A stretch of 64,000 nucleotides of DNA from Clostridia bacterium (GTDB lineage: Bacteria > Bacillota > Clostridia > Christensenellales > CAG-917). The notes below the pieces were generated by a model. It was not told where the DNA came from and made no database searches. It saw nothing but the letters and a program-made list of their open reading frames with translations. The stretch covers positions 23,587-87,586 of the forward strand of contig JAZLBO010000018.1 in NCBI GenBank assembly GCA_045613765.1, read 5' to 3'. This document shows positions 31,642 to 41,928 of the stretch, in pieces (position 1 is the stretch's first letter; the number at the start of each line of letters is the position of its first letter). A program made the translations under genes and the position numbers.

Positions 31642-31953
31642 TTGACAAAACAATCAAATAGATCAATATCTGTCGGCGATGAAGTTTTTATATATGTAGG
31701 GAAACCAGTGATGGCTATCTTATATAAATGTAAAGTTATTGATTCAAACTATTGTATTCAAAAAGTTGATGATTCTGCATTTGCAATAAACGGAAAGCCA
31801 TACGAACACTACGGCAACTACATGAAACTGGAACTGTCGGAAGAATACGATGCGTCAAAATTTTCTTTTGGTATCCTAACTGCCAATGGATTAAAAGGTC
31901 GAATATGGGGACCAAGAAGACCAAATGAATTGACATCACTGCTCAATAATTAA
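31642..31953 (+). pseudogene. Probable 5'-truncated gene fragment (PUA/EVE-like domain)
   Basis: No RBS, TTG start, AT-richer than neighbours; VGDEVFIYVGKPVMAILYKCKV pattern. Confidence 0.4.
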
Positions 31954-31960
31954 TTGTATT

Positions 31961-31990
31961 AAAAAGGCACTCGATTGAGTGCCTTTTATT
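31961..31990. terminator. Bidirectional intrinsic terminator
   Basis: AAAAAGGCACTC-gatt-GAGTGCCTTTT. Confidence 0.75.
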
Positions 31991-32002
31991 TTTTGATTGA
32001 TT

Positions 32003-32543
32003 TGTAGATGGGCATATCTACAATGATGACTATTCCTTTGTCATTGGCATACTTTTTCAGTGCTTGCCATTGAGTAAAGAACTCAAACTGCAACCATTTC
32101 CAAAATCCACTCTCTTTCTCGTGTGTTTTTCGGCTTTTACGGGCCATAGTGACGTCTTTGTCTTCATCTTACCACATTGTCCAAGGAAGATAGCCATAAC
32201 TGACTTTAAGCGCCATAAACAAGCCGTAGTCGTCAATCCAATTTTTATTTGCTTTGTAAAACTTGTTGAAGGCGTCTTCTTCTGCGCCTTTCTTCAAAAA
32301 TCTTGCGTATGCTTTGCGAAGAAGGGGATATCTGTTGCCAAAGAGCCAACCATAGTCCACTCTCTTTGTATTGTGGACTGCGCCCTTCAATTCTTCGTGG
32401 GTAAGCAAACATTTTTTGTGCAATATATCAAGGTCAATATAGTAGGGATTGCCTGCGACTGATGCAGGAGATTGATAGGGGCTATCGCCGTAAGACGTGG
32501 GGTTCAAGGGTAAAACTTGCCAACATTTTGTGCCTGTTTCGTG
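32003..32543 (-). pseudogene. malQ: 4-alpha-glucanotransferase (GH77) remnant
   Basis: WQVLPLNPTSYGDSPYQSPASVAGNPYYID, in-frame TAA at 32169-71, then a frameshifted QFEFFTQWQALKKYANDKGIVIIVDMPIY; no start and no C-terminal half. Confidence 0.85.
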
Positions 32544-32597
32544 ATACTTCTATCCTACCAAAACACCACCCCACTGTCAACCCCCAAAAACACAAAA

Positions 32598-32625
32598 ATA
32601 AAGGCAGTCCGTGGACTGCCTTTAT
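32598..32625 (-). terminator. Intrinsic terminator
   Basis: ATAAAGGCAGTCC-gt-GGACTGCCTTTAT. Confidence 0.8.
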
Positions 32626-32648
32626 GATTTTATAATCTATTGATTATA

Positions 32649-34994
32649 TTAGACGAGTTGATATGTTGCAAAGTATGTGAGTTCGGGGAATGTCACGTCT
32701 GACCAGTCAATTGCGCTGTCTGATGACACAAGACCTGCTGAGAAGCTGACCTTGATGTAATCGCTGCCGTTTGAAAGTTCGATTGAACCTGTGAGGTCTG
32801 ACTTGATTTCTGCCTTGATACCTGTGCTCATGAGATCCATGAAGATATCTGAGCCAACCCAATCACTTTGACCGAATGTTTCTGTTGCCCATTCTTTTGC
32901 GTTCCAATCTTCGCTATCTGCCATTGTGAAGAGACCAACAAGGTTCTTTGCAGGATTGCCGTAACAGAGTTCTTCGAGTGATGTAGGACCAACTGCATTG
33001 GGTGAATCAAAGAGATCTGTCATGAATTCGCCGATATCGTCGATGTCAACTTCAAGACCATCTGTACCAAATTCGCCATTGACGACTTCACTGATTGCTG
33101 TGAGGAGTGTCATAAGGTCAGGTTGCCATGCTGCTTCGAGAACTTCGTCGATTGTGCTGTCGCCTTCTGCTGCTGATTCTGAGCCACCGAGGTAACCCAT
33201 GATAACGCCTGCGAGATCGCCAAGGATTTGTGTACCGTGCAACTTGATGTCAGCAAGTGTGATGTCTGTGATTGCAACACCATTTGACATTGTGAGAGCA
33301 GGATTGATTGTGAAGCTTGTTGCGTTGACAAGTGCATCTGCATCTGCAAATGTTTCTGCGTATGCTGCATTTGCGACTGTAAGAACAAGGCCTTGGAGCC
33401 ATTCATCAGGTTCACCTGTGACTGTTGTTGCATTTGCAAGGCTCTTGAGAAGGAGTGAAACGCCTTCTTCAACGATAAATGCTACGATTTCGCTTGAACC
33501 GTCAACACTGAGTGCGAGGTTTGAACCGTCAAATGTAAGTCTTGCGATTTCTGCACCGTTGTGCTTAATTGATGCATAGACTCTTGTGCCATTGTCTGTT
33601 TCATTGATGAAGTCGATTTGGCCTCTAAGTGCCATTTCGTATGTGCCTGCGAAATCTTGGACGTTGTCGCCAACTGCAACTACGAGTGCGCCTTCGCTGA
33701 TTTCAATGTTGAGTGCTGTGTTGATTTCAAAGTTTTCTTTGAAGTTTGCTTTGTTGACACCAAAGACGGTTGCTGCTTCTGCTGCATCAACACCCTTGAT
33801 TGCCATATCGTTGACACGGATTGAAACTCTGAAAGGATCGTCGTTTGTATCAAGGCCAACGTTCATACCAAAGCTGCCGAGTTGACCATCTTCAACTGTG
33901 TATTCAAGTGAGAGTTCATTGAGGCTTGTGAGGACTTCGCCAAGACCCATAGGAAGTTCGACCATTGTGCCGACCAAACCGAGAACTGTGTCAATAAGAC
34001 CACCGGTTGCAAAGTCAAGACCTGCTGTTTGCTTGTTGCCGTCAACTGTAACGTTGGGGAAGATGACGGGACCAACGCTCATGAGAAGGTCGAGGATTGC
34101 TGTGTCGCTTTCTGCAAGTGCATCGGGATCGATTTCTGTGTATTCGATTTGCATGTCTTCTGCAAGACCTGAGAACATGCTGTTTGCCATATCAAGATAC
34201 ATTGCGATGTCAGGGCTGCCGAGAAGTTCGCCAATGTTGATACCGAGAAGACCTGTCACTGCATTGATGGGCTTGTCAAGGTTCCAGTTTGCGCCGAAAT
34301 CTTCAACGAGGTTGTTGATGATGCCCATGATTGTTTCTTGTGCGATAAGGGGAAGACCTGCAACTGCTTCTTCGCCGAGGAGTTCTTCAAATGTTGTGTT
34401 GAGAATGCTGTTGAGCATAGGTGCAACGTCATTGTTGTAGTTGTAGTCAACGGGGACAACGATTGATTGACCAAGTGCTTCAATGTAGAAGTTCATATTG
34501 TCATCAAGGAAGTAGTAGATTGTGGCAATATTCACATTGTTGTCATGATCGTAAAGACCAATTTTTGCTGCACTGTGTGCGCCTTCGTTTGTTCTGTCGA
34601 GAACAAGAGCAATCTTGACACCGAGGTCTGCGAGCATATCGCTGCCGTTTGCAAGAGCAATGCTCATATCCATTTCGACTGCGAGATCTTCTTCATCTGT
34701 GATTTCTGTGCCACCGATGGGTGCTGCGCTATCCCAAAGGCCTTGGAAGAATGCTGCTGTGTCACCGGAGTTGTTTCCACCACCTGCTGTGTAAGGTGCT
34801 TTACATTTGTCGCATTTGCCGTCTTTGTTTTTGTCAACGTGTTTGCATGTAAATTCTTCCTTACATGTGTCGCAAACCTTGTTGCCATCTTCGTCAATGT
34901 GTTGTTCACAGGGCTTTACACAAGCAACAAGTGAAAATGCAAGGACGAGAATCAAGACTACTGCGAGCAATGACTTGATACCAAATTTTTTCAT
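32649..34994 (-). CDS. Large acidic lipoprotein of unknown function
   Basis: Lipobox LVA-C, AGGAGG RBS, two CxxH/CxH-xD...G..CDxC repeats. Confidence 0.85.
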   Translation of the reverse strand: MKKFGIKSLLAVVLILVLAFSLVACVKPCEQHIDEDGNKVCDTCKEEFTCKHVDKNKDGKCDKCKAPYTAGGGNNSGDTAAFFQGLWDSAAPIGGTEITDEEDLAVEMDMSIALANGSDMLADLGVKIALVLDRTNEGAHSAAKIGLYDHDNNVNIATIYYFLDDNMNFYIEALGQSIVVPVDYNYNNDVAPMLNSILNTTFEELLGEEAVAGLPLIAQETIMGIINNLVEDFGANWNLDKPINAVTGLLGINIGELLGSPDIAMYLDMANSMFSGLAEDMQIEYTEIDPDALAESDTAILDLLMSVGPVIFPNVTVDGNKQTAGLDFATGGLIDTVLGLVGTMVELPMGLGEVLTSLNELSLEYTVEDGQLGSFGMNVGLDTNDDPFRVSIRVNDMAIKGVDAAEAATVFGVNKANFKENFEINTALNIEISEGALVVAVGDNVQDFAGTYEMALRGQIDFINETDNGTRVYASIKHNGAEIARLTFDGSNLALSVDGSSEIVAFIVEEGVSLLLKSLANATTVTGEPDEWLQGLVLTVANAAYAETFADADALVNATSFTINPALTMSNGVAITDITLADIKLHGTQILGDLAGVIMGYLGGSESAAEGDSTIDEVLEAAWQPDLMTLLTAISEVVNGEFGTDGLEVDIDDIGEFMTDLFDSPNAVGPTSLEELCYGNPAKNLVGLFTMADSEDWNAKEWATETFGQSDWVGSDIFMDLMSTGIKAEIKSDLTGSIELSNGSDYIKVSFSAGLVSSDSAIDWSDVTFPELTYFATYQLV

Positions 34995-35278
34995 AATTAT
35001 CCTCCTATGAAAAACTTAAAATGTTTGTTGATTTTTGGTTGATATTATTGGTTGATATTATAGGACATATTGGCAGTCCACGCGTGCGTACACGTTTATA
35101 CTATAACCAATATGGCTTATACATTATAGTACATTAAAAAATTGGTGTCAACCTTGAAGGGTCAATCAATTTTTTCCATTTCGGCTTTAAGCCTTGAGTT
35201 TTCAAGAGTGATTTTTGAGATGATTTGATTGGTTTTTGCAGTCAAAATCTCAAAAAAGCCGTTCTTTTCCAAGGGAAA

Positions 35279-35980
35279 TCAATATCCACCACGGATTGAA
35301 AGCACTTGACCTGTGATATAATCTGCCGAGAGCAAAAACATAACTGCTTCTGCAACTTCCTTTGTTGTACATAGTCTGCCAAAGGGAATTTCCTTGACAA
35401 AAGCATCAAGTTCTTCCTTGGTGTACACCTTCATCATATCGGTATCCACTGCGCCGGGTGCAACTGCATTGACTGTGATTTGCGAGGGGGCAAGTTCCTT
35501 TGAAAGAGCCTTTGTAAGCCCAATGACCCCTGCCTTTGATGCAGAATAATGGGTTTCCATACTTGCACCGTCAGTGCCCCACATTGACGCCACGTTGACG
35601 ATACGTCCGTAGCCATTTGAAATCATATAGGGGACAACTGCTCTGCTCACAAAGAAAGTGCCGTCAAGATTGACACCCATCATATTGCGCCAATCTTCAT
35701 CAGTGATGTCTTGGAAAAGTTTGTCTTGTGCAATGCCTGCATTGTTGACAAGAAGATCAATCCCACCAAAGTCTTTGACTATTTGTTGAATTGTATTCTC
35801 AACACATTTTGAAGAAGACACGTTGCATTGGTAAGCCTTTGCCCCCACTTCTTTTGCAAGGGCAAGTGCCTTTTCTTCATTGGTATTGTAGGTGAAAGCC
35901 ACCTTATACTTGCCTACGGCAAGACGGACGATGGCTTCCCCTATTCCACGGCTTCCACCTGTGATGAGAATTGTCTTCAT
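35279..35980 (-). CDS. Short-chain dehydrogenase/reductase (FabG-like)
   Basis: TGGSRGIG, NNAG, YSASK, VNAVAPG. Confidence 0.9.
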   Translation of the reverse strand: MKTILITGGSRGIGEAIVRLAVGKYKVAFTYNTNEEKALALAKEVGAKAYQCNVSSSKCVENTIQQIVKDFGGIDLLVNNAGIAQDKLFQDITDEDWRNMMGVNLDGTFFVSRAVVPYMISNGYGRIVNVASMWGTDGASMETHYSASKAGVIGLTKALSKELAPSQITVNAVAPGAVDTDMMKVYTKEELDAFVKEIPFGRLCTTKEVAEAVMFLLSADYITGQVLSIRGGY

Positions 35981-35983
35981 ACC

Positions 35984-37399
35984 TTATTTGTTTTCTGCTT
36001 CTTCTTTGGCTTCCTTGTCTGCGTCGTTCATGATGCCAAGCATTTCTGTTTCTTTGACGATTTCGCCTGAGAGAAGGTTTGCTGTGTGGATATAGTTGTA
36101 ATCATCACTGTCAAAGAAGACAAAGACGAGTTGATCGTTGAGTTCAACGAATTCAAGGCTCAACCATGATGAATTGAACTTGACTTCTGCAACAACCTTT
36201 TCATTGCTTGTGCCATCAATGTTGATTGCATAAACCTTGCCACCTGTGCTGTCTGTATAGTAAACAACGCCATTGAGAATCTTTTGGACTGTCACTGCTT
36301 TGCCGATGACGGGTGTTGCTTCTGTGGTGATGCCTTCTGCTGAGTTTGCAAGATAGATCTTTGAGTTGATTGTCACAAGTGCACCGTCATTGTATCCAAT
36401 AGGATAAATTGTTGCGTATGCAGAACTTGTTGTAAGTGTTCTTTCTTGGCTCTTGTCAAAGCCTGCACCAAACTTAACCTTGTTGACAAACAAACCTGCT
36501 GTTGTTTCTGCGCTTTCAATCCAGTTGGACTTTGCATAGTAAAGAACTGCAGAGTCACCTTCAATTTGCATTGAGATGAGTTTGTAGCTGAAGACCTTTG
36601 TTGAGAAGAATTCTGTATAGTTTTCCTTTTCGCTTTCTTCAAGGTATGTGAGTTTGTCTGCAAGGACTTTTTCTTCTGTGCCATCAACTTTGATTGACTT
36701 CATTGTGTTGCAGAATTCATAACTTGTGTCGCCAGTTTCTGTTTGTGTGAAGTAGATGTAATCACTGTTGATATCCCAGACAACCGATGCTGCATTTTCA
36801 ACGAGAGTGCCACTGACAACGCCTGCTGCGCTCATTGAACTGCCGTTATCTTTCATTGCGCTGTGGTCGATATAGGAAACTGTTGTGCCACTGTAAAGAA
36901 GAATTCTTGATTCAGTGAAAAGATAGTTTGCTGAACGTGTGCCGATTGTTGCAATAAGTTGTGTTGCAGAACCGTCGATCTTTGAACGCATGAAGTCGGT
37001 GTGGGTTGTTGATGCTGTGCCGTTTTTGTCAAGGTCATTGTTGTTTGTTGCGTAGTAGATCCATTGACCAAAAATTGCAAAGCCACCTTGGATTTGCTTG
37101 GGGACGACGACAACTGCATTGGTGTATGAGCCATCTTGTGCGATTTCTGCTCTTACAATACTGTTTTTGACAGGAACACCAAAGGTGTTGTCGATGGTTT
37201 CTGCTGTGTCATAACCATTGATGAAGTAAACGTATTTGCCTTGTTTTACAAAGTAGCCACCGTTTGATTCCACATCTGCATTGGGCTCGCCACCACCGAC
37301 TGATTCCCACTTGAGAGGGTTACAGCCAACAAAGAGTGTTGCAAACACTGCAACGAGTGCCACAACTGCGATGATGCTTACGAAAAGTTTCTTGTTCAT
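35984..37399 (-). CDS. Lipoprotein, probable beta-propeller (DUF5050-like)
   Basis: Lipobox FVG-C; SNGGYFVKQGKYVYFING, WIYY, DGS/DGT repeats. Confidence 0.75.
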   Translation of the reverse strand: MNKKLFVSIIAVVALVAVFATLFVGCNPLKWESVGGGEPNADVESNGGYFVKQGKYVYFINGYDTAETIDNTFGVPVKNSIVRAEIAQDGSYTNAVVVVPKQIQGGFAIFGQWIYYATNNNDLDKNGTASTTHTDFMRSKIDGSATQLIATIGTRSANYLFTESRILLYSGTTVSYIDHSAMKDNGSSMSAAGVVSGTLVENAASVVWDINSDYIYFTQTETGDTSYEFCNTMKSIKVDGTEEKVLADKLTYLEESEKENYTEFFSTKVFSYKLISMQIEGDSAVLYYAKSNWIESAETTAGLFVNKVKFGAGFDKSQERTLTTSSAYATIYPIGYNDGALVTINSKIYLANSAEGITTEATPVIGKAVTVQKILNGVVYYTDSTGGKVYAINIDGTSNEKVVAEVKFNSSWLSLEFVELNDQLVFVFFDSDDYNYIHTANLLSGEIVKETEMLGIMNDADKEAKEEAENK

Positions 37400-37484
37400 A
37401 ATATACTCCTGATTTTGCTACGATTTATTATTCTGGCTTTCGCCTAAGTTTTCTTGAGTTGGGACACAAAGTGTCCTATTGCTA

Positions 37485-39248
37485 TTATTCTTTGCTCTTG
37501 TCTTCTTCTTTGACGTCGAGTTTGATGTGGACATCACGGAGTTGTTGTTCTGTGACAACACTGGGTGCGCCCATCAAGATATCTCTTGCATTTCTGTCCA
37601 TGGGGAAGACAATGATTTCTCTAATGCTTTGTTCTGCTGCAAGGAGCATAACCATACGGTCAACACCGGGTGCGATACCTGCGTGGGGAGGTGCGCCAAA
37701 CTTAAATGCATTGTAGAGTGCAGAGAATTTTTGTTCGATTACGTCAACACCATATCCTGCGATTTCAAATGCTCTTTCCATAATTGCAGGTTCGTGGTTT
37801 CTCACTGCGCCACTTGAAAGTTCAACGCCATTGACAACACTGTCATATTGGTATGCAAGGATTTCAAGAGGATCTTGTGTGTTGAGTGCTTCAAGTCCAC
37901 CTTGGGGCATACTGAAGGGGTTGTGACTGAATTCAATTTGACCTTCGTCATTGAGTTCGTACATGGGGAAGTCAACAATCCAACAGAAACGGAAGGCGTC
38001 CTTTTCAAGAAGATCAAATCCAACACCCAGTTCGGTACGGAGATAACCTGCTTGTTTCCATGCGATATTCTTGTCTTCTGCAACAAGTGCTACAAATGCG
38101 CCTGCCTTCAAATCAAGTCTTTCAACAAGTGCATCTTTGACGTCAACTGCAAACTTTGAAATGCCACCAGCAAGTTCGCCTTGTTCATCAAGTTTGAACC
38201 AGTACATACTGCTTGCGCCATTGAGTTTCATCTTTTCTGTCAATGCATCAATAAACTTTCTGCCTGCGTTGACACCGTTGACTGCGATTGCCTTGATAAC
38301 TTTGCCCTTTTCAAAGAAAGGTGCTTTTTCTTCAAGAATATCTGTGACTTCCTTGATGATAAGGGGGTTTCTAAGGTCGGGCTTATCTGAGCCGTAATCA
38401 CGGATTGCATCTGCGTACTTGATGCGACGGAAAGGTCCTTTGTCAACAGAATATCCCTTGGGACTGAATTCTGCAAAGACGCCTGACAAAACTTCTTCCA
38501 TAACTTCAAAGACGTCGTCTTGTGTTGCAAAGCACATTTCTGTGTCAAGTTGATAGAATTCGCCGGGGCTACGGTCTGCTCTTGCGTCTTCATCTCTAAA
38601 GCAAGGGGCAATTTGGAAGTATCTGTCAAAGCCCGAAGTCATAAGCAACTGCTTATATTGTTGGGGTGCTTGGGGCAATGCATAAAATCTGCCGGGGTGC
38701 AATCTTGAAGGCACGATAAAGTCACGTGCGCCTTCAGGTGATGAACTTGTAAGAATAGGTGTGGTGATTTCAAGGAATCCCATATCCGTCATCTTTCTAC
38801 GAAGCCAACTGACCACTTTTGCACGGAAAACGATTTTATCCTTAACTTCAGGGTTTCTAAGGTCGAGGAAACGATATTTAAGACGAGTGTCTTCTCTTGA
38901 TGATGTGCTTGTTGCCACTTCAAAAGGAAGTTGCTCGTAGCACTTGCCAAGGATCTCGATCTTTTCGGGTTCAATTTCGATCATGCCTGTGGGCATATCG
39001 GGGTTGGGTGAGGAGCGAAGAATAACCTTGCCTTCAACTGAAAGTGTTGATTCACGAGGGATTTCTCTCACTTGTGCCTTCATATCTTCATCTGCAACAA
39101 CCACTTGGGTGTAGCCATAGAAGTCACGAAGGACAAAGAAGATAACTGCTCCAAGGTCACGTGTTGATGAAAGCCAGCCACAAAGTTTGACTTTTTGACC
39201 AACGTTTTGTTCTGTAAGTTCGCCACAGTTGTGAGTTCTCAGTTTCAT
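37485..39248 (-). CDS. aspS: Aspartate--tRNA ligase
   Basis: RTHNCGEL, PEGARDF, LPQAPQ, CFRDEDARADR, YGSDKPDLR, GAPPHAG. Confidence 0.97.
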   Translation of the reverse strand: MKLRTHNCGELTEQNVGQKVKLCGWLSSTRDLGAVIFFVLRDFYGYTQVVVADEDMKAQVREIPRESTLSVEGKVILRSSPNPDMPTGMIEIEPEKIEILGKCYEQLPFEVATSTSSREDTRLKYRFLDLRNPEVKDKIVFRAKVVSWLRRKMTDMGFLEITTPILTSSSPEGARDFIVPSRLHPGRFYALPQAPQQYKQLLMTSGFDRYFQIAPCFRDEDARADRSPGEFYQLDTEMCFATQDDVFEVMEEVLSGVFAEFSPKGYSVDKGPFRRIKYADAIRDYGSDKPDLRNPLIIKEVTDILEEKAPFFEKGKVIKAIAVNGVNAGRKFIDALTEKMKLNGASSMYWFKLDEQGELAGGISKFAVDVKDALVERLDLKAGAFVALVAEDKNIAWKQAGYLRTELGVGFDLLEKDAFRFCWIVDFPMYELNDEGQIEFSHNPFSMPQGGLEALNTQDPLEILAYQYDSVVNGVELSSGAVRNHEPAIMERAFEIAGYGVDVIEQKFSALYNAFKFGAPPHAGIAPGVDRMVMLLAAEQSIREIIVFPMDRNARDILMGAPSVVTEQQLRDVHIKLDVKEEDKSKE

Positions 39249-39315
39249 AATTCCTTCTGTTTATTGAAAAAAATTTATTTTTTGTTTTTGTTTATTTTGA
39301 GTATTTTGTTGTTTT

Positions 39316-40326
39316 TTAGAGCAAATGCACGCCCTTTTCTTCGCAAGTACTGATCATACTATCAGGCCAAAGGCTTGCTTGGACTTCCCCAATGTGTGCT
39401 TTTTGAAGGATAAGCATACAAAGTCGTGATTGTCCAATTCCGCCGCCTATCGTCAAAGGCAACTGTCCTGCAACAACTTGCTTGTGATAGTCAAATCTCA
39501 GTCTATCTTCTGCACCTGCCATTTTCAGTTGGCGCATAAGTGCGTCGCTATCAACTCTTATGCCCATTGATGAGATTTCAAGGCTGTCATCAAGGACACT
39601 ATCATAAAAGAGAATATCTCCGTTGAGATCCCAATCATCGTAGTCGGGTGCTCTGCCGTCATGGGGTTTGCCATTTGACAAAGGTGCGCCTATCTTCATC
39701 AAAAATACTGTGCCGTATTCCTTGGCGATTGCTCTTTCTCTTTCGTGAGCTGTAAGATCGGGGTAGAGTGCCAAGAGTTCTTCCGTTGTGATGAACTTCA
39801 CTTCTCTTTTGAGATTTGTGCTCAACACGGGGAAAGCCTTTTTTGTTTCCTCAAGAGTGTCACATATTGAGCCTACAATACGGAGAACAACCTTTTTTAA
39901 GAAGTCTTCCTTTCGTTGCTCACGGCAGATGACCATTTCCCAATCCCATTGGTCAACGTATATTGAGTGTACGTTGTCGCAGTTGTCATCTCTGCGAATA
40001 GCGTTCATATCCGTATAGAGCCCTTCGCCACATTGAAAACGATATTTTTTGAGAGCAATTCTTTTCCACTTTGCAAGGGAGTGGACGATTTCTGCCTCCA
40101 CACCGTCTTGTTCCTTCACTTCAAAGCGCACTGCTCTTTCCACACCATTAAGGTCGTCGTTGACACCAGTATGACTGCGTACAATAATTGGTGCAGATAT
40201 ACGCTCAAAACCAAAGTTCTTGACAAAGTTGCGTTGGAAAGCATCCTTGACAAACTTGATTGCCTTTTCGGTTTCTCTCACGTTCATATTGGGTGTGTAG
40301 TTTTCAGGTATATACAATTTGCTCAT
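39316..40326 (-). CDS. asnA: Aspartate--ammonia ligase
   Basis: DDLNGVER, HSLAKWKR, SIYVDQWDWE, HDGRAPDYDDW, TIGGGIGQSR. Confidence 0.97.
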   Translation of the reverse strand: MSKLYIPENYTPNMNVRETEKAIKFVKDAFQRNFVKNFGFERISAPIIVRSHTGVNDDLNGVERAVRFEVKEQDGVEAEIVHSLAKWKRIALKKYRFQCGEGLYTDMNAIRRDDNCDNVHSIYVDQWDWEMVICREQRKEDFLKKVVLRIVGSICDTLEETKKAFPVLSTNLKREVKFITTEELLALYPDLTAHERERAIAKEYGTVFLMKIGAPLSNGKPHDGRAPDYDDWDLNGDILFYDSVLDDSLEISSMGIRVDSDALMRQLKMAGAEDRLRFDYHKQVVAGQLPLTIGGGIGQSRLCMLILQKAHIGEVQASLWPDSMISTCEEKGVHLL

Positions 40327-40352
40327 ATTTTGTCATCTACAAAGTAGATTTA

Positions 40353-41741
40353 TTACATCAAGTCGCCTGTTGTTCTTGCGTAGAGTTGTACGTCACGGAT
40401 GTTTGCAATGCCTGTCACGTACATCATAATGCGTTCAAGTCCAAGACCAAATCCACTGTGGGGGACACTGCCGTACTTACGGAGATCCATATATCCAACG
40501 TAGTCGTCAAGGTTCATATTTCTGTCAACCATTGCTTGTTTCAACTTGTCATAGTCTGCCTCTCTTTCACTGCAACCAATGATTTCGCCAACACCGGGCA
40601 CGAGAAGGTCTGTTGCTGCAACGGTTTTGCCATCATCATTTTGTTTCATATAGAAACTCTTGATGTGCTTGGGATAGTTGATGACAAAGACGGGTTTGTT
40701 GAACACCTTTTCTGTAATATAACGTTCGTGTTCTGATTGAAGGTCAAGACCCCACTCAACAGGATATACAAACTTTTCGCCTGAGTTCTTGAGGATTTCA
40801 ATAGCCTCGCTGTAGTCAAGGACTTTGAATTCACTTTCAACCACTGCTGTGAGTTTTTCTCTCAAGCCACTTTCAAATGCCTTTTCAAAGAAAGCAATTT
40901 CTTCGGGACATTCGTCAAGTACTGCTTTGATGATTGTCTTGATCATGCTTTCTGCAATGTTGATGATGTCAGGAAGTTTTGCAAATGCAACTTCGGGTTC
41001 AACTTGCCAAAATTCTGCTGCGTGACGAGGTGTGTTTGAGTTTTCTGCACGAAATGTAGGACCAAAGGTATAAATCTTGCCCATTGCCATTGCTGCCACT
41101 TCGCCTTCAAGTTGTCCACTGACTGTAAGACCTGCTTTTCTTCTAAAGAAATCGTTGGCCATATATTCTGCCTCGTCCTTTGAAAGTTTTGCGCTTTCAT
41201 AGTTGTGTGTTGTCACGTGGAAGATTTCGCCTGCGCCTTCACAGTCACTGCCTGTGATGATGGGGGTGTGGATATATGTGTAGCCGTTTTCTTGGAAGAA
41301 ACGATGGATTGCAAAACTCAACTTGCTTCTCACACGGAGCATTGCGTTAAATGTGTTTGTTCTCACACGGAGATGAGGGATTGTACGCAAGAATTCAAGT
41401 GAGTGATATTTCTTTTGCAAAGGATAATCACTGGGGCAATCGCCAAGAAGTTCGATGCTTTCTGCATTGATTTCGTAGTCCCCTTGATTCATTGCAGGGA
41501 CAACCTTTCCTGTGACGAGAAGTGATGCGCCGTTCTTCAAGCATTTTGCGATTTCGGTTGCATCAAAATTTGCCTTGTCAATGACGATTTGAAGATGACG
41601 GAGTGATGTGCCGTCGTTGAGTGCCACAAATGCCATTGTCTTGCTGTCACGTGCTGTTCTTGCCCAACCTGCCACTACCACTGATTTGCCTTCGTAGTCT
41701 TTGCCGTTTGTGAGAATGTCAATGATGTCTATGTTCTTCAT
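40353..41741 (-). CDS. asnS: Asparagine--tRNA ligase
   Basis: CEGAGE, LTVSGQL, GPTFRAENSNT, WGLDLQSEHERY, GSVPHSGFGLG; start at MKNIDII with AGGAGA RBS. Confidence 0.96.
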   Translation of the reverse strand: MKNIDIIDILTNGKDYEGKSVVVAGWARTARDSKTMAFVALNDGTSLRHLQIVIDKANFDATEIAKCLKNGASLLVTGKVVPAMNQGDYEINAESIELLGDCPSDYPLQKKYHSLEFLRTIPHLRVRTNTFNAMLRVRSKLSFAIHRFFQENGYTYIHTPIITGSDCEGAGEIFHVTTHNYESAKLSKDEAEYMANDFFRRKAGLTVSGQLEGEVAAMAMGKIYTFGPTFRAENSNTPRHAAEFWQVEPEVAFAKLPDIINIAESMIKTIIKAVLDECPEEIAFFEKAFESGLREKLTAVVESEFKVLDYSEAIEILKNSGEKFVYPVEWGLDLQSEHERYITEKVFNKPVFVINYPKHIKSFYMKQNDDGKTVAATDLLVPGVGEIIGCSEREADYDKLKQAMVDRNMNLDDYVGYMDLRKYGSVPHSGFGLGLERIMMYVTGIANIRDVQLYARTTGDLM

Positions 41742-41928
41742 AAAATCTCCTAATGTCAGCCTTTCTGTTTTGGAAAAATTCGACAGTTTCCAAAATATCA
41801 TATCATTTAGACATTATAATTTTAATTATAGAATTTGTAAAGAGATTTTTGCACGCGAGAAAAAACTTGACTAAATATTGCGATTTTATTTATACTAAAC
41901 TCAACAAATTGTGTTATTGAGGTGATTT

